Positions 19,712 through 29,574 of a stretch of 64,000 nt of DNA are shown here, piece by piece. The stretch is from Dehalococcoidia bacterium (GTDB taxonomy: Bacteria; Chloroflexota; Dehalococcoidia; Plut-88900), in NCBI GenBank assembly GCA_965197585.1, contig OZ240215.1, positions 928,001 to 992,000 of the forward strand, written 5' to 3'. A program made the translations under genes and the position numbers. Under the pieces are notes generated by a model. It was not told the origin of the DNA. It was given only the letters and a program-made list of their open reading frames with translations, and did not search any database. The number at the start of each line of letters is the position of its first letter. The first letter of the stretch is position 1.

Positions 19712-21079
19712 CTAGGAACGTAGGGGCGCTACCCCGTCTTCCAAAATGGCATCCAGGCCCTTGTTAAAGGCATCCATCGTCTTCTCGATGGCCTCTTCGT
19801 CGTGGGCCATGGAGCAGATGCCGATGCGGAGCCAGCAGTCGACACCGTTATAGAGCATCTGCTTTCTGAGGTTGCCGGTCGCAGCGCCGTTGCCACCCTT
19901 GAAGAGGGTCTCGTCGGTGGCTGCGGGAAGCTTGGAGTACTCGGTGGGGTCGGAGTCAGTGTCGCCGAGGTAAACGTGGAACATTGAGGCGTCGCCGTAG
20001 GCGAACCCAGAGATGCCGCGCTCCTGCAGGGCGGCGTGCATCTGTTGACGTAGGGTCTCGGCGGCGGCGTTGGCGATGCGGTGGGGTTCTCCGGTAGCGA
20101 TTATCTTCAGGCAGGCGATTCCTGCTGCCACGGAGACGGGGTTCGCGTTGAAGGTGCCGGGGTGTGGCATGCGCTTCGCTCGGTCCCGTTCTGCGTCGCC
20201 GGTGTGCTGGATGACGTTTAGGATTTCTTCCTTGCCTGCGACACAGCCACCGGGCATGGCGCCCATGAGTACCTTGGCCATGGTGGAGATGTCCGGCTCG
20301 ACGCCTATGGTCTCCTGCCAGCCGCCGGGGGCCCAACGGAAGCCGCTCACTACCTCGTCGATGATGAAGATGGTGCCGTACCTGGTGCAGAGCTCTCGGG
20401 CGGCACGGGCATACTCGGCGGATGTGGGTATGGTGCCCATGTGAGCGCCCGCTCCCTCGATTATGAAGGCAGCGACGTCGCGGTTTGAGAGTGCATTTTC
20501 AAGGGCTTGAACGTCGTTGGTTGGGAGGGTGATAACACTTTCGTGCACACCGGGGGGCAGTCCCGCCGACGGCATTTCGAAGGGCGGGTCGATGCCAGCG
20601 AACAGGGCGTCGGCCCAACCGTGGAAGTTGCCCTGGAGCTTCACCAGCTTGGGTCTTCCGGTCGCGGCTCGGGCCAGGCGGACGGCCATCATGTTGGCCT
20701 CGGTGCCAGAGTTGGTAAAGCGAAGTTTCTCGGCGGAGGGGAATAGCTTGAGAATAAGTTCCGCCAGCTCGATCTCCTGGGCGCTGGAGCCGCTGGCGTG
20801 GCTCCCCAGAGCAACTTGCCGCTGGACGGCCTCCACGACCTCGGGGTGGCTGTGACCCAGGATGCTAGCCCCGTGCCCCGTGACGTAGCAGACGTACTCG
20901 TGGCCATCTACGCACCACTTCTTCGCGCCCTGCAATCGGTCGATATACATGGGGAAGGGTGCGAACATGCGGCCGTCGTGGGTGACGCCGTCGGGGAAAA
21001 GGTTCCTGGCCCGTTGGGCGAGGGCCTGTGACTTAGGGTGGGCCTGAACAAACTGCTCTTGTGCTAACGAGGTCTTCAT
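19712..21079 (-). CDS. Class III PLP-dependent aminotransferase (GSA-aminomutase-like)
   Basis: DGHEYVCY..GHG..ILGH, RFTNSGTEA, FHG, IIDEVVSGFR, STMAKVLMG, GTFNANP. Confidence 0.88.
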   Translation of the reverse strand: MKTSLAQEQFVQAHPKSQALAQRARNLFPDGVTHDGRMFAPFPMYIDRLQGAKKWCVDGHEYVCYVTGHGASILGHSHPEVVEAVQRQVALGSHASGSSAQEIELAELILKLFPSAEKLRFTNSGTEANMMAVRLARAATGRPKLVKLQGNFHGWADALFAGIDPPFEMPSAGLPPGVHESVITLPTNDVQALENALSNRDVAAFIIEGAGAHMGTIPTSAEYARAARELCTRYGTIFIIDEVVSGFRWAPGGWQETIGVEPDISTMAKVLMGAMPGGCVAGKEEILNVIQHTGDAERDRAKRMPHPGTFNANPVSVAAGIACLKIIATGEPHRIANAAAETLRQQMHAALQERGISGFAYGDASMFHVYLGDTDSDPTEYSKLPAATDETLFKGGNGAATGNLRKQMLYNGVDCWLRIGICSMAHDEEAIEKTMDAFNKGLDAILEDGVAPLRS

Positions 21080-21158
21080 TGTCCCTCCAGGGATGAGCTA
21101 CCGATCGGGCCCCGAGTATGCGAATAGACTCGCGTTGCCGGGGGCGGATTCGTGGGCG

Positions 21159-21167
21159 ATTATAGCA
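21159..21167 (-). promoter_or_regulatory. Extended -10 promoter element for the aminotransferase gene
   Basis: Minus strand reads TGcTATAAT about 80 nt upstream of the start codon. Confidence 0.55.
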
Positions 21168-21209
21168 TAGCGGGTGCAGGTAGCTTGGGCAGGTCAGTGA
21201 GAAATCCGG

Positions 21210-21668
21210 TTAACCTCCGACTCCACCCGGCTCACGAATCCCGTCTTTAAGAAGCGTCTCCAGCGACATGGATTCCGTGCCTGGGGCCAGGGCATACAGT
21301 TCGACTTCGTTGCCATCCGGGTCGAGAAGATAGAGACCCTTAGTGTCTCCGTGGTCGCCGTATCCGGCTATGCGCACGTTGTTTTCTACGACTAGCTGGT
21401 AGGCATTCCTCAGTTCTTCTAAAGACCCGAGCTCGTACGCGAAGTGGTATAGGCCGACGCTGTTGGCGTCGGGGCCCGGGGCTTCTTCCCCGATAGCCAC
21501 CAATGCGAGGTCATGGTCGACGTCAGGGTTGCTTCTCAAGAACACCATCTTGTCCTCATGCCGCCCCTTGACCTCCAGCCCCAGTATCCCGCTGTAGAAC
21601 TCCTCCGATCGGTTGATATTCCTAACTCTGAGCACGATGTGCCCCAGTCTTGTTGGGCTAATCTTCAT
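21210..21668 (-). CDS. VOC family protein (glyoxalase/catechol dioxygenase fold)
   Basis: LGHIVLRV, DHDLAL, GLYHFAYE, DHG...LYLLDPDGNEVELY. Confidence 0.88.
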   Translation of the reverse strand: MKISPTRLGHIVLRVRNINRSEEFYSGILGLEVKGRHEDKMVFLRSNPDVDHDLALVAIGEEAPGPDANSVGLYHFAYELGSLEELRNAYQLVVENNVRIAGYGDHGDTKGLYLLDPDGNEVELYALAPGTESMSLETLLKDGIREPGGVGG

Positions 21669-21793
21669 GATATCCTCCGGCGAATCTAGCGTTGGCCTGC
21701 ATACATTTTAGCGCGGTTGCCACGTTCGGGAACCGGCCTGTATATTACCGGTCTGGTTGGGCCTTGCGAAAGGGCCCCAAGGAGGTTAATCGC

Positions 21794-22819
21794 ATGGGCA
21801 GATACGGATACGCGCTAGGCGACAACATGGACCCTCAAGCGCTGATAGCACAGGCGCGCAAGATTGAGGATGCGGGGTTCGAAGCGGCCTGGTCAAATGA
21901 GCTGTTCACATCCCCATTTGTACCACTGGCGGCGGTGGCCTCCCACACGAGCAACATAAAGCTGGGTTCGAGCATCGCATACGGCTTTACTCGCAGTCCC
22001 CTGGAAACGGTTATCACCTCCCTGGACCTGGACGCCGTAACCAATGGGCGGTTCATTCTGGGTCTGGGCTCGGGGGTAAGGCGGCTGAACGAGATGTGGC
22101 ACGGAGTGCCGGATTACGGCAGGCCTGCTACTCACCTCAAGGAGTGTGTCCGGGCCATCCGGGCGATTGTGGACGGGGTATCGACAGGGGAGCCGGTGAG
22201 ATTCGAGGGCGAGTACTACGACATAGACATGCGGGGCTGGGAGGGGCCACACAAGCCGGTCAACGGCAGTATTCCGATTTATATGGCTGCAGTTAGAGAC
22301 GGGATGCTCCGGGCCGCCGGTGACGTCGCTGACGGAGTGTTGGGCTTCCCGATGTGGTCTTTGCAATGGGTCAAGGAAATGGTGATCCCGAACATTGAGA
22401 AAGGGTTGAGCAGGTCGGGGAGGGAGAGGAAGGACTTCGAGATCCGGGCGGCTGTGACCGTCGCCATAACGAATGACAAGAAGCAGGGATACCGGGACTC
22501 CAGGGGAACCCCCGGCTTTTACACGACGATACGCACCTACCAGCCCCTGGTTAACTGGCACGGCTATGAGGAGGAGGCTGAGAAGATCAGGGAGGCGTTT
22601 GTAAAGCTGCAGGGCTTCGGGGACGAGGTTCTGGAGCCCATCACCGACGAGATGGTGGACACCTTCGTGGTGGTGGGTACTGCGGACGAGGCCCGGGCAA
22701 GGGTGGCCGAGTTCGAGGAGATTTGCGACGCGGTAGACCTGGAAGTGCCACACAACTTCATCCCGGAAGAGGTGCACAACGAATACGAGAACCGGTTGTT
22801 CGAGGTGTTTGGGAACTGA
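21794..22819 (+). CDS. LLM-class flavin/F420-dependent oxidoreductase
   Basis: AGFEAAWSNE, IKLGSSIAYGFTRSP, GRFILGLGSG, PIYMAAV, GDVADG; AAGGAGG RBS before ATG 21794. Confidence 0.88.
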   Translation: MGRYGYALGDNMDPQALIAQARKIEDAGFEAAWSNELFTSPFVPLAAVASHTSNIKLGSSIAYGFTRSPLETVITSLDLDAVTNGRFILGLGSGVRRLNEMWHGVPDYGRPATHLKECVRAIRAIVDGVSTGEPVRFEGEYYDIDMRGWEGPHKPVNGSIPIYMAAVRDGMLRAAGDVADGVLGFPMWSLQWVKEMVIPNIEKGLSRSGRERKDFEIRAAVTVAITNDKKQGYRDSRGTPGFYTTIRTYQPLVNWHGYEEEAEKIREAFVKLQGFGDEVLEPITDEMVDTFVVVGTADEARARVAEFEEICDAVDLEVPHNFIPEEVHNEYENRLFEVFGN

Positions 22820-22868
22820 AAAGCCCAGCGGGATGATTAAAGTACTCGGACTAAACATAAGAGTATAG

Positions 22869-23891
22869 ATGCCGATGAAATACTACCTGGGACTGGACCT
22901 CGACTTGGGCATGGAAGGCCAGATTGCGGCGGCAGTGCGGGCCGAGGCCGCGGGCTTCGATGGGTTATGGTCCACCCACTACTACAACTCGCCATTCATC
23001 CCCTTGGCGGCAATTGCCAGAGAGACGAAGTCGATAGGACTGGGCACGAACATCGCCTATGCCTTCACACGCAGCCCGATGGAAACCGGGTTGTCGGCGC
23101 TGGACCTGGATGCCTTGTCGAACGGTAGATTTTCCCTGGGTCTGGCCCCGGGATTCCGCACCATCAACGAAAGGTGGTACGGCGTGCCGCACGGCCGTCC
23201 GGCGCCGCACATGAAAGAGTGCATTCAGGTAACCAGGGCAGTGATAGAAGAGGCGTCGCAGGGTACTCCGGTCAGGTTCGAAGGCAAGTATTACGATATC
23301 GATATAGAGGGTTGGAGCAGGGTTCACTCGATGCCGAGGGAACGCATTCCCATCTACGCCGGGGCGATGCGGGAAGGAATGTGTCGGATGGCGGGAGACG
23401 TGGCCGACGGCCTAATGCCTCATTCGATATGCTCCGCACAATGGATCAAGGAAGTGATGCTGCCCAACGTAAACATAGGGTTGGAACGCTCGGGGCGGAA
23501 GAGGGAAGACTTCGACTTTGCCGCCTGCCTCAGCGTTGCAATCACTGAAGACAAGAAGCAGGCACTCCACGATTTCAAGGACACGATTGCCTTTTCTGCC
23601 GTCACCAAGCCGTACCAGACTATATTCTCGTGGCACGGGTTCGGTCGGGAGGCGGAGGCCATCAGGGACATGTTCCTGGAAAAAGGGTACGGCCCTGAAG
23701 TCATCGAAATGGTCCCTGACGAGATGGTGGAAGCGTTTACCATCATTGGGTCGGTGGATGAAGTGCGGCGCAGGGTCGGCGAATTCGAAGAGTTCGTGGA
23801 CTCCATACTCTTTGCACAGAACAGCTACGGGTCGGGGCCGGAGGGCAAAGTCCGGTACCTGGACGCCGTCTACGACGTATTCGGCCGATAA
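22869..23891 (+). CDS. LLM-class flavin/F420-dependent oxidoreductase (tandem paralog)
   Basis: AEAAGFDGLW, LGTNIAYAFTRSP, GRFSLGL, PIYAGAM, GDVADG. Confidence 0.88.
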   Translation: MPMKYYLGLDLDLGMEGQIAAAVRAEAAGFDGLWSTHYYNSPFIPLAAIARETKSIGLGTNIAYAFTRSPMETGLSALDLDALSNGRFSLGLAPGFRTINERWYGVPHGRPAPHMKECIQVTRAVIEEASQGTPVRFEGKYYDIDIEGWSRVHSMPRERIPIYAGAMREGMCRMAGDVADGLMPHSICSAQWIKEVMLPNVNIGLERSGRKREDFDFAACLSVAITEDKKQALHDFKDTIAFSAVTKPYQTIFSWHGFGREAEAIRDMFLEKGYGPEVIEMVPDEMVEAFTIIGSVDEVRRRVGEFEEFVDSILFAQNSYGSGPEGKVRYLDAVYDVFGR

Positions 23892-23903
23892 GCCCGGTTG
23901 TCC

Positions 23904-23932
23904 TTGACCCGGTTATGGCCGATTGCTAAAGT
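23904..23932 (+). promoter_or_regulatory. Sigma70-type promoter upstream of the PHP/MaoC genes
   Basis: TTGACC-17 nt-TAAAGT with an extended TG. Confidence 0.55.
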
Positions 23933-24001
23933 AGCGACGCACGTGTGCCCGCTTCCTTAGCCGAAGTCGGGCAAGCGAACCTAAGCTAGCAAAGGCCGGC
24001 A

Positions 24002-24658
24002 TTGATGATCATTGATATGCATTCCCACTCCGTGTTCTCTGACGATTCGCGCGCCACGGTTGAGCAGTACGCCAAATGGATCAGCAAGGTGGTGAAGAAG
24101 AAGGGGGCGCTGGACGCGATAGTCCTGACCGAGCATCGGGGCTTTGACAAAGATGGAGACTACTCGGAGCTTGAGGCGGAGTACGATATCAGGATATTCA
24201 AGGCCACGGAGCTGGACACCAACCGGGGCCACATCCTCCTTTACGGCGTCAACGATTATCTGCTGAACAAGTTCGATTTTACGGACGTGACCATGGATGC
24301 GGTGTCGCTGGTGCGGGAAGCCAAGGCGTCGGGAGCTTTCACGGTACCGGCTCATCCGGGACGGAAGAGGATCGGGTTGCGAGAGTTCGTGGAGAGCGGG
24401 GTGTCGGTGCCCGAGGTGGAAGTGGTGGAGATATTAAACGGCGGCAGTTCCACGGCGGAGAATGAAAGAGCCCGGGAGTTGGCGGAGGAGAAGGGGTTCA
24501 AGGGAGTCGGGGGGAGCGATGCGCATTTCGTCAACGCCATCGGCAAATACGCGACGGAGTTCCGCAATCCCGTCAACAGCATAGAAGAGTTGGTAGAGGA
24601 GCTGAAGTCGGGCGCCTTCGAGCCGGTGAGGCTCGAAGATCTGTCGCCGGCCCGGTAG
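24002..24658 (+). CDS. PHP domain protein (paralog of 694-1329)
   Basis: IDMHSHS.FSDDS, LTEH, GHILLYG, PAHPGR, GGSDAH. Confidence 0.85.
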   Translation: MMIIDMHSHSVFSDDSRATVEQYAKWISKVVKKKGALDAIVLTEHRGFDKDGDYSELEAEYDIRIFKATELDTNRGHILLYGVNDYLLNKFDFTDVTMDAVSLVREAKASGAFTVPAHPGRKRIGLREFVESGVSVPEVEVVEILNGGSSTAENERARELAEEKGFKGVGGSDAHFVNAIGKYATEFRNPVNSIEELVEELKSGAFEPVRLEDLSPAR

Positions 24659-24663
24659 TCGTT

Positions 24664-25104
24664 ATGGCTGAAGAGTTCGAGTTCAAATTCAACCGAGACA
24701 TTCTGAATACGACCTTTAAGGCAGGGCCGTTTCGCATAACGCAAGAGATGATCGCGCTGCACACAACTTCCACGGGCGAAACGAACCCGAAATTCGTGGG
24801 AGACGGCAACTCTCACGGAATGACCGCTCCACCCTCCCTTCCCGTCCTGCTAATCGACGATTGGGAACCCCCAGATTTGCAACTGGACTTCGACGGGGTG
24901 CTTTACCTTGCGGGGTACTGGGTAGAGCCCATCGGCGCGGTCAGGCCGGGAGACGTGCTGGACGCCTCAATAACGGTGACCGACGTTTACGCGAAGACCG
25001 GGCGCTCGGGGCCCATGGTGTTTCTGAAGAAGGAAGCTCTGTTCACCAATCAGGACGGGGTCCCGGTTGTGAAGGTGGGCGCGACCTCGGTGTGGCGGAA
25101 GTAG
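24664..25104 (+). CDS. MaoC-like hot-dog fold dehydratase
   Basis: TGETNP, APPS, VRPGDVL, KTGRSGPMVF, FTNQDG. Confidence 0.8.
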   Translation: MAEEFEFKFNRDILNTTFKAGPFRITQEMIALHTTSTGETNPKFVGDGNSHGMTAPPSLPVLLIDDWEPPDLQLDFDGVLYLAGYWVEPIGAVRPGDVLDASITVTDVYAKTGRSGPMVFLKKEALFTNQDGVPVVKVGATSVWRK

Positions 25105-25154
25105 GGCTTAGACGAGAGGGGACCTGCCAGTCTGAGACTGAGTGAGAATGGGAT

Positions 25155-25192
25155 CACCCTCACCCTAGCCCTCTCCCGTCAAGGGAGAGGGG
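25155..25192 (+). repeat. REP-like family 3 (CACCCTCACCCTAGCCCTCTCCC..GGGAGAGGG), intact copy
   Basis: CCCTCTCCC-gtcaa-GGGAGAGGG hairpin; relatives at about 9092-9143, 33788-33857 (two inserts) and 36157-36183 (truncated). Confidence 0.75.
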
Positions 25193-25270
25193 ATTGGACC
25201 TCCCCTCAGCCGCCCGGAATAAGGGATATGCAAAAGTTCCATTGAGGGAGAGGGTATTTTGTTGGGAGGG

Positions 25271-27016
25271 CTACTTGGCGGGTTCCTGTGATGCGCCGCA
25301 GTAGGGGCAGCGCATGTCCTCGGGGTTGGCGCCGTAGTCCTGGGAGGCTGATTCCTCGGAGACGTATTCGTTGATAACGTCGTTGCGCAGGGCTTCGGGG
25401 TCCCGTTGCTCGGGGTTGCCGTAGCCGCCGGAGCCCGCAACATCGTACCAAATTTCGCTGCCGTCGCCGATGGCGAAGGGCGGCCCCTTGCCTGCTACTT
25501 TGCTCTTGTTGCCCTCTTTATCGATCATCTGGATGCTGCTGACCGCTCCGGGCATCCCTCCCCGTAGACCGAAGGGCGCCGAGGTCATCCGTTCGCAGCA
25601 GGTGGTGACCATAGCGGTATGCCCCATGACACGGGTCACGCGCCTGGCGCCCAGCCCGCCACGGTACTTGCCCGGGCCGCCTGAGTCGTTGATCAACTCG
25701 TAGCGGTCGATCATTATCGGGAAGCGCATCTCGATCTGCTCTACGGGAGAGTTCATGGTGTTGGAGATGCCGACCTTGACGCTGTTGATGCCGTCCTGGT
25801 TGGGTCGGGCGCCCATGCCACCGGCCACGGTTTCGTAGCTGACGTAGCGGCGCTTGGTCCTGGGGTGCAGTCCGCCGACGGTCAGGATGGCGGAGGTGCC
25901 CTGGGAGCCTGCCAGCACGTTGTTGGGGTAGCCGGGGGCCACTGCCCCGAAAACCATGTCGCAGATACGGTGGGTCATCTCGTGGTTGGCGAAGACGACC
26001 GGGGCAGGAGGCAGGACGTTGACGACTGAGCCCTCCGGGGCGTTCACGCCGATTGCGCGCCAGGCGCCGGAGTTGGGGGGAATTAGGTCGTTGGGGTCGG
26101 CGATCATCTTGACGGCTGTGTAGACGCCGGAGGCCGTGACGGCAAGGGGTGCGTTCATGGGACCGTCCACCTGGCCATCTGAGCCCGTGAAATCTACCGT
26201 CAAATGGTCGTCTACCTTGTTGACGCGGAGGCGGATGTTGATGGGTTCGTCCTCGGTCTGCCCGATGCCCAGAATGCCGTCGCCATCGCAGAAGTCCTCG
26301 TAGTAGAACTCGCCATCGTCGAATCGTTCGAGCTGGTGTCGGATCATGCGCTCGGAATAGTCCTGGATGCCCTGCATCATCTCGCGTATGAGGTCTACGC
26401 CATACTTCTCGGCGAGAGCCTGGACCCGGATTGCGCCGCGGTGATTTGCGGCTACCTGGGCGCGGAGGTCTCCTCGACGCTCCTCGGGGGTGCGGACATT
26501 GGCAAAGATCAGGTCGTCTATATCCCGGTTTAGCTCGCCCTGGGTGAACAGGCGGACACCGGGGAGCCGGAGACCCTCGCCGTAAATCTCGGTGGTAGCC
26601 CCGTAAGAGCCGGGACTGGCAGAGCCTATGTCGGGCCAGTGGGCACGGACGCAGGTAAATCCGAGGAGCAGGTCGTCGTTGAGATAGATGGGCGTGATGA
26701 CGTTGACGTCTGGGAGATGAGACCCTCCGAAATAGGGGTCGTTGTGGATGAACACGTCGCCGGGGGCTATGTCGTTGGCCCTTGCGAGGATAGCTTTAAC
26801 TGAGAGGGGCATGGAGCCAAGGTGGATGGGGATGTCGGGGCCCTGGGCCACCATATTGCCGGACGCATCGAAGATGCCGCAAGAGTAATCGCCGGCTAAC
26901 TTCAGGATAGGGGAATAGGCGGTCTTGGCGAGGACGACTTTCATCTCCTCGGCGGCGGACAGGAGGCTGTTCTTGATAACCTGGAAGGTGATGGGATCAA
27001 TGTCCTGGTGCATCAT
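25271..27016 (-). CDS. Hydantoinase B / oxoprolinase subunit
   Basis: DPITFQVI, TAYSPIL...DYSC, PIHLGSM, NDPYFGGSHLPD, AHWPDIG, DSGGPGKYRGGLG. Confidence 0.92.
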   Translation of the reverse strand: MMHQDIDPITFQVIKNSLLSAAEEMKVVLAKTAYSPILKLAGDYSCGIFDASGNMVAQGPDIPIHLGSMPLSVKAILARANDIAPGDVFIHNDPYFGGSHLPDVNVITPIYLNDDLLLGFTCVRAHWPDIGSASPGSYGATTEIYGEGLRLPGVRLFTQGELNRDIDDLIFANVRTPEERRGDLRAQVAANHRGAIRVQALAEKYGVDLIREMMQGIQDYSERMIRHQLERFDDGEFYYEDFCDGDGILGIGQTEDEPINIRLRVNKVDDHLTVDFTGSDGQVDGPMNAPLAVTASGVYTAVKMIADPNDLIPPNSGAWRAIGVNAPEGSVVNVLPPAPVVFANHEMTHRICDMVFGAVAPGYPNNVLAGSQGTSAILTVGGLHPRTKRRYVSYETVAGGMGARPNQDGINSVKVGISNTMNSPVEQIEMRFPIMIDRYELINDSGGPGKYRGGLGARRVTRVMGHTAMVTTCCERMTSAPFGLRGGMPGAVSSIQMIDKEGNKSKVAGKGPPFAIGDGSEIWYDVAGSGGYGNPEQRDPEALRNDVINEYVSEESASQDYGANPEDMRCPYCGASQEPAK

Positions 27017-27034
27017 GGCGTCAGTCCCTCGTGC

Positions 27035-29122
27035 CTAGACGGTAATCTCTATAGTCCCGAACTCGGTTGCCGCGGCCCGTTGGCCCGGGTATACGATGAC
27101 GGTGGAGCTGGACTCCTGTATGACGGCCGGGCCTTCGATCTCTGCGCCCGCGGACAGGTCTCCCCTGTCATATACGGGGCATGAAGTCTGTCCCGACTCC
27201 TTGAAATAGACCTCACGGTGAGATCGAGGGCTAATGTCTTTGCCGTCATTGCTGGAAGAGGATCGCGTGGCGATGAAGTCCGCTCCGAACTTGCCGATGG
27301 CCGAAGCCCGCATGTTGACTAGCTGGATTGGTTCGTCGGGGGCGTTGTAGTCGTACGTGGTGAAGTGCTGGGCATGGTAACGTTCTGCGATGGCACTCAG
27401 GGCGCCTTCTTCGATCTCCGAGGACTCGACTGGTACCGTGAGCTCGTAGGCCTGGTTGCCGTAGCGAATGTCGAGGTAATAGCGGAAATTCCAGTTTTCC
27501 TCGGGAATACCGGACCGGGAGAGCATGGCCCGGGCCTCGGCGGTGATATCCCGATACACGTGGCGCATCCGGTCATCCACGCCTTCCACATCGAGAAGGG
27601 TGTACAGGCTGCGAACGTAGTCTCGCTTCAGGTCCGTGCACACGAGGCCCATGGCAGAAAAGACGCCGGGGTTGGGAGGGATGATGACTTTCTTGATGCC
27701 CAGCTCCTCACCAATACGGCCTGCGTGAACGGGGCCCGCACCGCCGAAGGCGACGAGGGAGTAGTCCCGTGGGTCGTGGCCCCGCTCTATAGAAATCATA
27801 CGTATGGCGTCGGCCATGTTGGAGTTGACGATGTCCACGATGCCCTGGGCAGCCTGCATCAGGTCGAGGCCCAAGGGTTTTCCAACGACGCGATTTATAG
27901 CTGTGGAAGCGCCGTCAATGGAGAGGGGCATGCGCCCGCCGAGGAAGTGGCCGGGATCCAGGTAGCCGAGAACGGCGTCGGCGTCGGTCACAGTCGGGTC
28001 CTGGCCCCCGAGGCCGTAACAAGCGGGGCCGGGTGCTGCGCCTGCACTCTGAGGACCGACCCTGAGGCCGCCTGCGTCGTCGAGCCAGGCTATGCTGCCG
28101 CCACCAGCGGAAACCTCGGCGAGGTCTACGACCGGGACCTTGATGGGGTAGCCGGTGCCCTGGAGCCAGCGCCGTACGTTACCGGAGCCGCCGACCTCGT
28201 ATTCCGTAGTGACACTCACCTCGCCGTTGTTAATCAAGGAGGCCTTGGCCGTGGTGCCTCCCATGTCGAAGGAGATGAGTTGATTTAGCCCGAGGACATT
28301 GCCCAGGGCGACGCTGGCTGTGACACCGGCGGCGGGGCCCGACTCGGTGAGCATGGCGGGGACTCGGAGACCTTCGTCGATGTTGAATACGCCGCCGCTG
28401 GAGCCTGTCAGGTAGAGGGGAGGATAGTCGTCGGTGGCCAGGAAGTCGTTGAGCCGGTTTAGATAGCCTTCCAGGACGGGCGCCACATATGCGCATACGG
28501 CAACGGTGCTGGTGCGCTCGTATTCCCGCATTTCGGGGAGGACTTCGGAGGAGAGGAAGGTTCGGACTTCTGGAAGCTCGCGGCGGAGAATCTTGCCGAT
28601 AGCCTGCTCGTGGACCGGGTTCAGGAAGGAGAAGAGCAGGGATACGGCAATAGCCTTGACCTCGTGGGCCTTTAGAAAGGCGACGATGGGGGCAAGCTCG
28701 GACTCGTCGAGTGGCTTGTATATGTCGCCGTAGGCGTCCACACGTTCGGAGACTTCGAGACGCAGGTGCCTGGGAATGATTACCTGTGGCGGGGGTTGGA
28801 ATATATCGTAGAGCTTGGCCCGGGACTGGCGTCGAATTTCGAGAACGTCTCGGAATCCATCGGTGGTGATGAGGGCGGCTCGGGCGCCCTTGGACTCCAG
28901 GATGGCGTTGGTGACGACGGTGGTAGCGTGGGAAAGAAAGGTGAGGGAGGATGGGGCAATGCCGTGGTCGGTTGAAAGGGCTTTTATGGCGTCGACGACG
29001 GCGGTTGAGTAGTCGGAGGGGGTAGAGGAGACCTTAAATGTGGTCTGCCGACCGGAGTCCTCGTCAACAAGAGCGAGGTCAGTAAAGGTTCCGCCGATGT
29101 CTACGCCGAGTCTAAGGCCCAT
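27035..29122 (-). CDS. Hydantoinase A / oxoprolinase ATP-binding subunit
   Basis: GVDIGGTFTD, HATTVVTNA, SGPAAG, DMGGTTAK, AGGGSIAW, PGPACYG, FGGAGPVH. Confidence 0.92.
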   Translation of the reverse strand: MGLRLGVDIGGTFTDLALVDEDSGRQTTFKVSSTPSDYSTAVVDAIKALSTDHGIAPSSLTFLSHATTVVTNAILESKGARAALITTDGFRDVLEIRRQSRAKLYDIFQPPPQVIIPRHLRLEVSERVDAYGDIYKPLDESELAPIVAFLKAHEVKAIAVSLLFSFLNPVHEQAIGKILRRELPEVRTFLSSEVLPEMREYERTSTVAVCAYVAPVLEGYLNRLNDFLATDDYPPLYLTGSSGGVFNIDEGLRVPAMLTESGPAAGVTASVALGNVLGLNQLISFDMGGTTAKASLINNGEVSVTTEYEVGGSGNVRRWLQGTGYPIKVPVVDLAEVSAGGGSIAWLDDAGGLRVGPQSAGAAPGPACYGLGGQDPTVTDADAVLGYLDPGHFLGGRMPLSIDGASTAINRVVGKPLGLDLMQAAQGIVDIVNSNMADAIRMISIERGHDPRDYSLVAFGGAGPVHAGRIGEELGIKKVIIPPNPGVFSAMGLVCTDLKRDYVRSLYTLLDVEGVDDRMRHVYRDITAEARAMLSRSGIPEENWNFRYYLDIRYGNQAYELTVPVESSEIEEGALSAIAERYHAQHFTTYDYNAPDEPIQLVNMRASAIGKFGADFIATRSSSSNDGKDISPRSHREVYFKESGQTSCPVYDRGDLSAGAEIEGPAVIQESSSTVIVYPGQRAAATEFGTIEITV

Positions 29123-29157
29123 AGTTGGGTAAGGATATCATAGGTGGGGTGGGGGAG

Positions 29158-29574
29158 TTATGTTTGAGCATCCAACCAATTCTCTACACTCAGGTCAGGA
29201 ATTCTCTGGAAATGGCGGACGTTGCCCGTGACGACCGTGAGGCCACGGGCCAGCGCTATGGCGCCAATTCTGAGGTCAGCGTCAGCCAACGGGGTGCCGC
29301 GACGCTCCAACTCGGCTCGCAACTCACCGTAGCGATGTGCGGCGGAGCGGTCAAAAGGGAGTACACGCATGCTTGCTGGAAAGATACCGCGGATGCGCTG
29401 CAAGAAGAGATCCGTTTGCTGTCGCATGCGGTAGGCTCCGTAGAGTAATTCTCCAAGGGTAATACTAGATGTAAATTGTTGCTCTCCTGGTAATGACGAT
29501 AGCTTGGCAATGAGAGAGGCCGAAGGTTTGCGTTTCAGCAGATTGCTCAGGATGTCCGTGTCTAGCAGGTACAT
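29158..29574 (-). CDS. vapC: VapC-type PIN-domain toxin
   Basis: YLLDTDIL, ITLGELLYG, DLRIGAIAL, VVTGNVRHF, ENW. Confidence 0.9.
   Translation of the reverse strand: MYLLDTDILSNLLKRKPSASLIAKLSSLPGEQQFTSSITLGELLYGAYRMRQQTDLFLQRIRGIFPASMRVLPFDRSAAHRYGELRAELERRGTPLADADLRIGAIALARGLTVVTGNVRHFQRIPDLSVENWLDAQT

Noticed and set aside
19712-21079. Naming the aminotransferase hemL
   Set aside because: No tetrapyrrole gene context, and the N-terminus differs from canonical HemL (PDGVTHDGR versus PGGVNSPVR); kept as class III aminotransferase.
21893-22858. Long antisense ORFs opposite catabolic genes (also 27365-28288, 41520-42425, 51159-52127, 55584-56378)
   Set aside because: Expected shadow ORFs in high-GC coding DNA; each lies opposite a well-supported gene.
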